64,000 bases of DNA, taken from the IMG/VR virus record IMGVR_UViG_3300027788_001769, positions 64,001 to 128,000 of that record; one strand, given 5' to 3'. Source of the stretch: a virus. The notes beneath the pieces were generated by a model. It was given only the letters and a program-made list of their open reading frames with translations, was not told the origin of the DNA and made no database searches. A program made the translations under genes and the position numbers. Positions 48,131 through 56,238 of this stretch are shown piece by piece (position 1 is the first letter of the stretch; each line of letters opens with the position of its first letter).

Positions 48131-49489
48131 TTATTTGGATTGACTTTTTAAGAATTTTACTTCTTGTGGTGTTAATGCGTCCATTCCTTGTGTGAATATT
48201 TTATCTAATACACCATCCATATCTAATTCTACATCTGATGTAGTCGTAGTAGGTGATTCTGGCACTTCTGGTTCTGAAACATCATCTGGGTAAGTTTCTT
48301 CATAATCAGATTGACCCATTTCTTTTATAATGTCACCAACTATTCTTTTTAACTCATCCCTACCTCTATCCGAATCACTTAAAACATCCTTAGTTAACCT
48401 AAACATTTCTTTTGCGTCCATACGAGCAAATTCACTAAATAGGTAGTTTTGTACCTCTCTTTTATCGTCTTGCATTAAATCATGTGGGTAAGCTTCTCTA
48501 AATTTTTCCCATATTACAGGACCTAAACGTAAATCCCAAATTTCAGCAGTTAAAGTATCCTCAGAATCCATAACCATTTGAGCTTGTCTAGGGTCGTCAG
48601 GTAGTCCTTGGGTTGCTAATACCTCCATAACTCCTTTTATTAATTCGTGTACCAAAACTGGAAAAGTTATTCCTTGTGCTTTAACTGTAGGTGGGTCTGT
48701 ATCTGGGTCAACCTCTTCTTTACCAGCCATCCCTTGTCCACTTTGTGCCATCATCATTGTAGTTTCATCCGGCATAATCCAATAAACTAAATCATTCACT
48801 GACATCATTATACCGTATAAATTAATTAAATCTGGGTCTATATTATTTAATTCTTCGTTAACCATATGAAACATGTAGTGTCCTTTTTTAGAAGCTCCTT
48901 GGATTAGTTGGTTTAGAAATCTTCTTTTTTCTTTCTCAATGTCAAAATCCTCAAATTCTTCCATAGCTTCTTCTTCTGAATCTTGTTTTTGTTCTTGTTC
49001 TTGTTCACCACCACCCTGCATTCCACTCATGTCAATCTCACCCATCCCCACAATTTTTGCGTCAAATTGTAAAACGTCGTCTGGTATTGCCATATCTTCC
49101 TTAACAATTCTTACAGCTAAATCTTCTAATTGTTGTTTATTTTGTGCTTCTATTTGGAATATTCTTTGTACTGATGCCATTAACATTTGTTGTAATTGAC
49201 CAAATGAACCTGGTGTAACATTCTCTATCCCAGTATAATGTTTTACCTTATCAACAACGTCTCTAAATCTTTTAGATGCCACCAACTCCTCAAATGTATT
49301 TGGCACACCACTAGGGTCCACACTGGGGTAAGCTTCACTACCAGCACCAGGAAATTCACCACGTTCTAATTTACCTTGTAGGGTAGGGTCCATTCTTTCT
49401 GGGTTATCACCATAATCAATAGGGGCTTCATTCATAGAATAAGATAACTTATCCAATTGTTCCTTAGTTATTAATATATCTTTTTTCAT
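48131..49489 (-). CDS. hypothetical protein, probably virion head-associated
   Basis: 452 aa; KRR.LN.LIQGASKKGHYMF, FPVLVHELIKG; head-module context. Confidence 0.7.
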   Translation of the reverse strand: MKKDILITKEQLDKLSYSMNEAPIDYGDNPERMDPTLQGKLERGEFPGAGSEAYPSVDPSGVPNTFEELVASKRFRDVVDKVKHYTGIENVTPGSFGQLQQMLMASVQRIFQIEAQNKQQLEDLAVRIVKEDMAIPDDVLQFDAKIVGMGEIDMSGMQGGGEQEQEQKQDSEEEAMEEFEDFDIEKEKRRFLNQLIQGASKKGHYMFHMVNEELNNIDPDLINLYGIMMSVNDLVYWIMPDETTMMMAQSGQGMAGKEEVDPDTDPPTVKAQGITFPVLVHELIKGVMEVLATQGLPDDPRQAQMVMDSEDTLTAEIWDLRLGPVIWEKFREAYPHDLMQDDKREVQNYLFSEFARMDAKEMFRLTKDVLSDSDRGRDELKRIVGDIIKEMGQSDYEETYPDDVSEPEVPESPTTTTSDVELDMDGVLDKIFTQGMDALTPQEVKFLKSQSK

Positions 49490-50769
49490 TATTTTTTATA
49501 CGCCTTTGGTTTGGGTTTATGTTTTGGTTGGTATGGTGATTTTCTACCTGGTTTTTTAGGTGTTTTTAAAGGTGTTGTTGTTGGTTTGGTTGTTGGTTCC
49601 GGCATAGTCAGTGGAGTATCCGCTGAGAATAAACTATCAAAATCTAACCATGATGGCAACTCCAAAGCCGCATCTTCAACATCAGGGTCAGTTACCGTTT
49701 CTAACCCAACGTCCATAGTCTTCATTTCTTTTATAGTCGTTATTAAATCTTTTTTAGACATTTGTGGTCTTTCATATTTTTCTACTAGATTAAGTAACCA
49801 GTTTTCCACCATATTTTTATCCATTGACTCGGATTTTTCAGTAGGTAATTCATCTGCATTTGGTGTGTTGGTGTAATCTTCTATAGCTGTCAGTGTCATT
49901 GATTTTGCTGCTTTTAAAACTGCGTCATTGTTACGTCCATCACCACATTTTGTATATTTACTTGTTTTACAACTTTTTACTAAGTTATAAAAATTATATT
50001 GTTTTTTGGATACAGCTATTTCCAATAACTCTTTTTTAGTTATCGCTTCTGCTATATCACCATCGTTTTTATGTGAAGGACTATTTGGGTTGGAATCATC
50101 ATCCATTCCATCATCTGCCATATCATCAGCATCATGTGGAACCTCTTGTCCACTAAGTTTTTCTCCAGCTAATGCATTCATATTACTTTGTTCCTCTATA
50201 TCATCTTCATGTATCCCTGAACTATTTCCCATAGGTCCGTCTGATTGGTGTCCTTTTTCATTTGGGTTGGAAAACGAATATTTTGGTTCTGTAAACCCTA
50301 TAGCTTCTTCCATATCATATCCGTCATATGCTTGTCCACCTTCTGGACCAGGTGACTGGAACCCTTCAGCGTCTGGGTTAGTAAAAGAAGGGTCATCTAA
50401 ATACGCTGCGTTATCTGGGTCACCAAACATACCCTCTTCTAAATCATCTTCTAGAACATCCATCTCTTTACCTTCAGAATCTTTGTATTTTTTTGGTTCT
50501 GGGAACCTAGGGTCAGTTGTCCCTTCGTTAGTATCTACTGTGTTGGCTTTTTCTTGATTTATGTTAGCCATGTCCTGTTCGTATCTTTTTTGTATCTCTA
50601 ACTGTTTTTTTAATATGTCTGATTTACTATCTTCTTCACCCAATAACCTACTGGAAAGAGTTAACAGTTGTTTATCAGTAAATTCTAAAAGGGTACTTAG
50701 TTGCATTCCTTTATTTGTGAGTTTATTATATAAATAAAGTCTATCTATTTTTAAGTTCTGTTTTTTCAT
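49489..50769 (-). CDS. acidic low-complexity protein (putative internal/core protein)
   Basis: 426 aa, many xxE segments, basic Pro/Lys C-terminal tail. Confidence 0.65.
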   Translation of the reverse strand: MKKQNLKIDRLYLYNKLTNKGMQLSTLLEFTDKQLLTLSSRLLGEEDSKSDILKKQLEIQKRYEQDMANINQEKANTVDTNEGTTDPRFPEPKKYKDSEGKEMDVLEDDLEEGMFGDPDNAAYLDDPSFTNPDAEGFQSPGPEGGQAYDGYDMEEAIGFTEPKYSFSNPNEKGHQSDGPMGNSSGIHEDDIEEQSNMNALAGEKLSGQEVPHDADDMADDGMDDDSNPNSPSHKNDGDIAEAITKKELLEIAVSKKQYNFYNLVKSCKTSKYTKCGDGRNNDAVLKAAKSMTLTAIEDYTNTPNADELPTEKSESMDKNMVENWLLNLVEKYERPQMSKKDLITTIKEMKTMDVGLETVTDPDVEDAALELPSWLDFDSLFSADTPLTMPEPTTKPTTTPLKTPKKPGRKSPYQPKHKPKPKAYKK

Positions 50770-51151
50770 TGTATTCTAAAATTAAATCTCTAATGTATAA
50801 TTTATCGTCCACCATTTGCTTAGTATCACCAAATTTAAATACCAATCTTTTCTCTATACTAACATCTAAATCTTCTTCTATCTCTTTTTCCCAAGCTAAA
50901 GCTACAACATCATCTATAGAATCTACAAAAGAAAAGTAGTCGGACTCCTGGACTAGTGAAAACTCTAGACCTTGCTTACTTAGAATACCTACATTGTTAA
51001 CATATTCTACATCAGGTGGTTGTGGTTTTCCATTTGCTGGACTACTATCCCATTCTTCACCCCATACATCAGTATCTGAAGAAAAAATGAACTCGTAAAC
51101 GTAATTCCCTTTGAAATTAGGTCCGAGTTCATTTACATAAACCAATTTCAT
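50741..51151 (-). CDS. hypothetical phage protein
   Basis: 136 aa, LVYVNELGPNFKG..VYEFIFS. Confidence 0.75.
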   Translation of the reverse strand: MKLVYVNELGPNFKGNYVYEFIFSSDTDVWGEEWDSSPANGKPQPPDVEYVNNVGILSKQGLEFSLVQESDYFSFVDSIDDVVALAWEKEIEEDLDVSIEKRLVFKFGDTKQMVDDKLYIRDLILEYNEKTELKNR

Positions 51152-51152
51152 C

Positions 51153-52571
51153 CTACTTAATAATTTTTCCTTTTGCTGTTATTTGTACTACTTTGTTGTT
51201 TTCTTGTAAAACGATGTCACCTCTTTTATTTTGTCCTATTGGGCGAAATCCAGAATTTTCTTTAAGGAAACTTTTTACTAACACTTCTTGTTCGTAAGTC
51301 CTAAAAGATTCTTTTAAAGTTTTTTTTGACCTATTTTCTTTAATGTGTTGTTTTTTAAGTTGTTTTTTAAGTTGTTTTCTAACCAAATTTACATCACTAC
51401 TTTCTTTTAATTCACTATTTGTGTACTTAAAGTATTTTTTTAATGATTTATTAATTTTTTCTGGTCTTGATTCATTAAAGATGTCTTCTATGTCACTAAC
51501 AACATCCTCAACTTCACTTGAATCCATAGTATTTACCATCGCATCAACTTCTTCTTCACCATCGTCCTCACTTAAATGTTTTTCAGTGAATTTTTCAGCA
51601 CCTGCAGTCATAGCAGCTCCCGCAGCAATTTTAGCTAAATTAGCCCACATTTCTTGGGTGTCCTGTTCTCCTCTATGTGCTGTTGTTTCCTCCAGTTCCA
51701 TATCCTCATCCTCAAAGTCCATACCTTCATCTTCAAAGTCCATATCTTCACCACCAAAATCTAATTCCTCTTCACCACTTATGTCAACATCAAACTCACC
51801 GTCTTCACTATATTCCATGTCTTCTTCACTTTCTAACTTATCCACTATATCCTCAACGTCCTCACTAGTTAGTTGATTTGTGTCAACAGCTGAAATAATA
51901 GAGTTAATTACGTATTTTATCATATCCGCATCTAAATCTTCTTCAAACTCTCTTAATTTCTGACCTAATTTCCCAGTTAACTTTTGTATTGTTTTGGTGG
52001 GGTCTTCAAACTTTTTATCAGCATCCATATCAGCATCCATATCGATATCAACATCCATCTCTTCTTCCCCTCCAGTGTCCATATCTAAATCTAAGTCTTC
52101 TTCGGAATCTAAATCTAAATCCATGTCATCACCTTCTTCTTCTGTATCTAAGGTAAAATCCATTTCTTCCTCTTCTGTTTCAGGTTCAGGCGTGTTTAAC
52201 ACATACTTTTTTTGTTCCCCAATTAAAGGATTAGAGTTACCACCATTAAATTCCTCGTTAATAGGTTTAAATATTAAGTTTAATTTTTTTAACGCTTTAG
52301 CGTAAGATGAAAAAGTTTGTTGTTTACTATTTTGCATACCATTTAGATAATCTAAAGAATCTAAATCTTTTCCTCTTTTTATTATATAATTAGAATTCTC
52401 CTGTATAATAGCGTATGTATTACCATCATGAGATTGTTTGCTATAAGCAACGGTTTTATAACTCTTAGGTGAAACTTCTTGTCTATCACCAAAAGTAGCT
52501 ATTTCCATAATTCTTTTTAGTTTTTGATTTAATGGAAGTTTTTCACTTCCCACTGGTTTTAAGTCTGCCAT
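51153..52571 (-). CDS. acidic hypothetical protein (putative prohead core/internal protein)
   Basis: 472 aa with long D/E-rich tracts; head-module context. Confidence 0.7.
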   Translation of the reverse strand: MADLKPVGSEKLPLNQKLKRIMEIATFGDRQEVSPKSYKTVAYSKQSHDGNTYAIIQENSNYIIKRGKDLDSLDYLNGMQNSKQQTFSSYAKALKKLNLIFKPINEEFNGGNSNPLIGEQKKYVLNTPEPETEEEEMDFTLDTEEEGDDMDLDLDSEEDLDLDMDTGGEEEMDVDIDMDADMDADKKFEDPTKTIQKLTGKLGQKLREFEEDLDADMIKYVINSIISAVDTNQLTSEDVEDIVDKLESEEDMEYSEDGEFDVDISGEEELDFGGEDMDFEDEGMDFEDEDMELEETTAHRGEQDTQEMWANLAKIAAGAAMTAGAEKFTEKHLSEDDGEEEVDAMVNTMDSSEVEDVVSDIEDIFNESRPEKINKSLKKYFKYTNSELKESSDVNLVRKQLKKQLKKQHIKENRSKKTLKESFRTYEQEVLVKSFLKENSGFRPIGQNKRGDIVLQENNKVVQITAKGKIIK

Positions 52572-52598
52572 TTTATTTTTTGTTTTTTCTAATTTATT

Positions 52599-53039
52599 TT
52601 AATTTCTTAGTCCTTGTATCCCTAACCTATAATATGTAGTATCTGGGTCACTTCTATGATTTACTGGACGAACTCCCCCAGAATTACCTCCCAATCCACT
52701 ACCACCATCACCACCGATAAAAGTATCACCACTATAGTTATACGCTATACTTTGACTTGGGTATGCAAAAGCACTTAGTGGGTCACTACAGTCGTGACAA
52801 CTACAAATAAAACACGCGTTAGTGAGAGTACCTGATATGGTGGAAATGCCAACATCTAACGTACCACCATCTATCAACCCTATGGTTGCACCGTTAACAA
52901 CTAAACTAGAAACAACACCACTTGCTAGTATACTATGACAAGTTGTACCGGTCAATGTACCATCTGATGTAAGGTATGGTTGAATTGCTACCCCACAATA
53001 TAATTTATCACCACCATGAATTCCTGCGTAATCTGACAT
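52599..53039 (-). CDS. hypothetical Gly/Cys-rich virion protein
   Basis: 146 aa, preceded by TATTTATA (53059-53066). Confidence 0.65.
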   Translation of the reverse strand: MSDYAGIHGGDKLYCGVAIQPYLTSDGTLTGTTCHSILASGVVSSLVVNGATIGLIDGGTLDVGISTISGTLTNACFICSCHDCSDPLSAFAYPSQSIAYNYSGDTFIGGDGGSGLGGNSGGVRPVNHRSDPDTTYYRLGIQGLRN

Positions 53040-53093
53040 ATTTTTTGTTTTATTTATCTATAAATATTATGTATAGTAGAAAACCACCCATAA

Positions 53094-53861
53094 TTAATCC
53101 AAACTTAGCTCAACATCTATAAGTTTATTTTTTAGTTTAAATAGTTTTTTTAAATAACCGCTCCTTCTTAAAAATTTAAAAGCTAAATTTTCGTATGAAA
53201 ACTCACCACCTTTTTCTAAGCCACAAGACCTAAATCTCTTTACTCTTTTTTTAACTCTGTCTATCATTTCTAAAATATCAGAAGGTGGTAACTCATACGC
53301 TTTAGTATATAAATCATCTATAATCTCCATCCACCCTTTTGATTTTTCAAGTACTTTTTTAAAGTCTACTTCTGTAACTTCCAACTTCTCTGGTTCCACC
53401 AACCACTTATTAAATAGTACCGAATAAACCCCAGAAGAAAAATGTAGTTCCGAAGGGTCTTGAGCGTACACCTCAACCTCATAACCTTTAATGTTAACAT
53501 CATGAGTAGAGTTCCATAAATTTTTTTTAGTGTTTAAAAGATTTTTAACTAAATTTTTATTTTCATCTACAGAGTTAAAATCTAAAATAAGGTGTAAGTC
53601 TATATCTGAAAATTCTGACCAATTATAATTAGATATACTACCTGTTATTGTAATATCATCTATGTCACAGTCTTTAGTGTCTACATCACACGCTAATCCG
53701 TCTAAGTTTATAAAATCTAAAAAATCATTAGTGACCAACAATAGTTTTTTTCTAATGTCTGGTCGCAAGGTAAATTCCCCATCTAACCCCCTAGTCCAAA
53801 TTTTAGGATTTAAATTATTTTTAACTTCAAAGCTTGAAAGTATTTTAGATGCAAGTGTCAT
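53094..53861 (-). CDS. nucleotidyltransferase, DNA polymerase beta superfamily
   Basis: hGS-x9-SDIDLh (TGSISNYNWSEFSDIDLH) plus third carboxylate in VEVYAQD; start probably MTLASK at 53861. Confidence 0.8.
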   Translation of the reverse strand: MTLASKILSSFEVKNNLNPKIWTRGLDGEFTLRPDIRKKLLLVTNDFLDFINLDGLACDVDTKDCDIDDITITGSISNYNWSEFSDIDLHLILDFNSVDENKNLVKNLLNTKKNLWNSTHDVNIKGYEVEVYAQDPSELHFSSGVYSVLFNKWLVEPEKLEVTEVDFKKVLEKSKGWMEIIDDLYTKAYELPPSDILEMIDRVKKRVKRFRSCGLEKGGEFSYENLAFKFLRRSGYLKKLFKLKNKLIDVELSLD

Positions 53862-53897
53862 AAACATAAATAGTTTTAAAAAGTGCTTAGGTTGATA

Positions 53898-54146
53898 TTA
53901 GTTACCTAGTAATTTAAAGTCGTATTTTTTTGCTATTTTTGTACTAAAGTATTGTCCCTGACTTTTGGCTTTTCTGAATGATGCACACACATGGCTAGGA
54001 ACATCTAAGTATTCGTATTTTCTTCCACCATTAAATTCTATGATTAATTTTTTAGTGTCTGTTTCATAGATTGACGACTTAATGTTAGATGATTTATACT
54101 TGTTTATAATCTTTTCTTCTTGGTATATTTCTGATAGTACTCCCAT
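53898..54146 (-). CDS. KTSC-domain protein
   Basis: SSNIKS..Y......L.IEF.GG..YEY.DVP......F..A.S.G.YF...I. Confidence 0.88.
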   Translation of the reverse strand: MGVLSEIYQEEKIINKYKSSNIKSSIYETDTKKLIIEFNGGRKYEYLDVPSHVCASFRKAKSQGQYFSTKIAKKYDFKLLGN

Positions 54147-54157
54147 TGTTTTTTATT

Positions 54158-54165
54158 TATAAATA
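54158..54165 (-). promoter_or_regulatory. putative late promoter TATTTATA
   Basis: Between the dnaK terminator and the KTSC start. Confidence 0.6.
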
Positions 54166-54175
54166 ACTAGAAATT

Positions 54176-54203
54176 AAAAAACCCCCATTTCTGGGGGCTT
54201 TAT
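54176..54203 (-). terminator. rho-independent terminator of dnaK
   Basis: Minus strand aaagccccca-gaaa-tgggggtttttt. Confidence 0.85.
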
Positions 54204-54205
54204 TT

Positions 54206-56065
54206 TTAAACTTCTTCGTATTCTACGTCAGTTATGTCTTCTTCAGACTCTTCACTAGTCTCACCAGTATCTGTATTCTCATACATTTTTTGAGATATGG
54301 ATTGCCATTTATTGTTAACTTCTTCTAACTGTTTATCAATCTCATCTAGATTCTTATCTGATATAGACGTTTTTAGTTGGGTGATGGACTCCATTAAACT
54401 TTCCTTATCACCTTCTTCGATTTTCTCACCTAACTCATTAATTTGTTTTTCTGTCTGGAAAACCATTGCGTCAGCCTCATTTAACTTATCAATTCCGTCT
54501 TTCTTTTTTTTGTCTTCCTCAGCATTACTTTCAGCTTCATCTCTCATTTTTTGTATTTCCTCATCTGTTAAACTACTACCAGACTCAATTTTAATGTTTT
54601 GTATCTTACCAGTACCTTTATCCATTGCTTTAACATCTATAATTCCATTTGCGTCGATATCAAACGTAACCTCAATCTGTGGAATACCTCTAGAAGATGG
54701 TGGGATATCCGTTAGTTGGAACCTACCTAAACTTCTATTATCACTAGACATAGGTCTTTCACCCTGTAACACATGAATGTCCACAGATGGTTGGTTATCT
54801 ACTGCTGTAGAGAACACTTGTGATTTAGATGTCGGTATTGTGGTGTTAGACTCTATTAAATTAGTCATTACGCCACCCATTGTTTCTATACCTAAGGATA
54901 GTGGGGTAACGTCCAGTAGGAGTACATCAGTTACGTCCCCACCTAAAACACCACCTTGTATTGCTGCCCCCATCGCAACTACCTCATCTGGATTAACTCC
55001 TTTAGATGGTTTTTTGTTAAATAGTTTTTCTACAGCTTCTTGTATGATAGGAATTCTAGTTGAACCACCTACTAGGATGACCTCATCTATTTCACTTACT
55101 TTTAACTTAGCATCTTTTATTGCTTTTCTACAAGGGGTAAGACTTTTTTTAATTAAATCTCCCACCATAGACTCAAACTTAGCTCTAGTCAATTCCTTAA
55201 CTAAATGTTTTGGGCCTGTGTTATCCGCTGTTAGATAAGGTAAGTTAATTTCCGTTGTCATAGAATTAGATAACTCTACTTTTGCTTTTTCAGAAGCTTC
55301 TCTTAAACGTTGTAACGCTGCAGAGTCAGAAGAAAGGTCCATACCAGTATCTGTTTTAAATTCTTTTAATAACCACTCGATTATTTTTTCATCAAAGTTA
55401 TCACCACCTAAATGGGTATCCCCGTTAGTCGACTTAACTTCAAAAACTCCACCCCCAATCTCTAGTATTGAGATGTCAAAAGTACCCCCACCTAAATCAT
55501 ACACAGCTATTGTCTTATCTTCTTTACTATCTAAACCGTAAGCCAATGCAGCTGCAGTCGGTTCATTGATTATCCTTAACACGTTTAACCCAGCGATTTC
55601 ACCAGCTTCTTTTGTAGCATTTCTTTGTTCATCATTAAAGTATGCTGGTACTGTTATAACCGCATCTGTTACTTTAGACCCCAGATAGTCCTCAGCTGTC
55701 TTTTTTAAGTTTTGTAATATAACCGCAGATATTTCTTGTGGCACATACGTTTTATCCTCGACTATAATAGATACGGTACCGTTTGTACCTTTTTCTACTT
55801 TATAAGCCATTTTTTTTGCTTCTTTACTAATCTCACTATACTTACTACCTATAAATCTCTTTACTGAGTAAACAGTATTTTCAGGGTTAGTTACTGATTG
55901 TCTTTTTGCTGGGTCACCAACAGAACGGTCTCCTCCTTTAAAGGACACTATAGATGGTGTTGTTCTTTTTCCTTCCCCATTAACGATAATGTTAGGTACA
56001 CCCCCCTCCACTACTGAGACACATGAATTTGTGGTCCCCAAATCAATTCCAATAATTTTCTTCAT
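54206..56065 (-). CDS. dnaK: Hsp70 chaperone DnaK
   Basis: [55 protein letters not shown]. Confidence 0.97.
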   Translation of the reverse strand: MKKIIGIDLGTTNSCVSVVEGGVPNIIVNGEGKRTTPSIVSFKGGDRSVGDPAKRQSVTNPENTVYSVKRFIGSKYSEISKEAKKMAYKVEKGTNGTVSIIVEDKTYVPQEISAVILQNLKKTAEDYLGSKVTDAVITVPAYFNDEQRNATKEAGEIAGLNVLRIINEPTAAALAYGLDSKEDKTIAVYDLGGGTFDISILEIGGGVFEVKSTNGDTHLGGDNFDEKIIEWLLKEFKTDTGMDLSSDSAALQRLREASEKAKVELSNSMTTEINLPYLTADNTGPKHLVKELTRAKFESMVGDLIKKSLTPCRKAIKDAKLKVSEIDEVILVGGSTRIPIIQEAVEKLFNKKPSKGVNPDEVVAMGAAIQGGVLGGDVTDVLLLDVTPLSLGIETMGGVMTNLIESNTTIPTSKSQVFSTAVDNQPSVDIHVLQGERPMSSDNRSLGRFQLTDIPPSSRGIPQIEVTFDIDANGIIDVKAMDKGTGKIQNIKIESGSSLTDEEIQKMRDEAESNAEEDKKKKDGIDKLNEADAMVFQTEKQINELGEKIEEGDKESLMESITQLKTSISDKNLDEIDKQLEEVNNKWQSISQKMYENTDTGETSEESEEDITDVEYEEV

Positions 56066-56129
56066 TTTTAATATTATTTTATTTTATTTTTATTATGTTT
56101 GTACTAATATACAACACTTATTGTAATAT

Positions 56130-56144
56130 ACAAATAGTATACCA
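56130..56144 (-). promoter_or_regulatory. putative sigma54-type (-24/-12) promoter for dnaK
   Basis: Minus strand TGGTATACTATTTGT matches the TGGYAYR-N4-TTG(C) spacing. Confidence 0.4.
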
Positions 56145-56177
56145 TTACATTGAGAAAGTCAACCTGTCATTAGTAGG

Positions 56178-56190
56178 TGACATTATGTCA
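56178..56190. promoter_or_regulatory. palindromic operator-like site TGACA-tta-TGTCA
   Basis: Perfect inverted repeat between divergent dnaK and clpC; extra half-site TGTCA at 56165-56169. Confidence 0.5.
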
Positions 56191-56194
56191 GGGG

Positions 56195-56225
56195 TTGATT
56201 TTAAGTGGAATTAATTATAAATTTA
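56195..56225 (+). promoter_or_regulatory. host-sigma-type promoter TTGATT-N17-TAAATTTA
   Basis: Upstream of clpC, same spacing as the other sites. Confidence 0.5.
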
Positions 56226-56238
56226 TAAAAAAAGAAAT

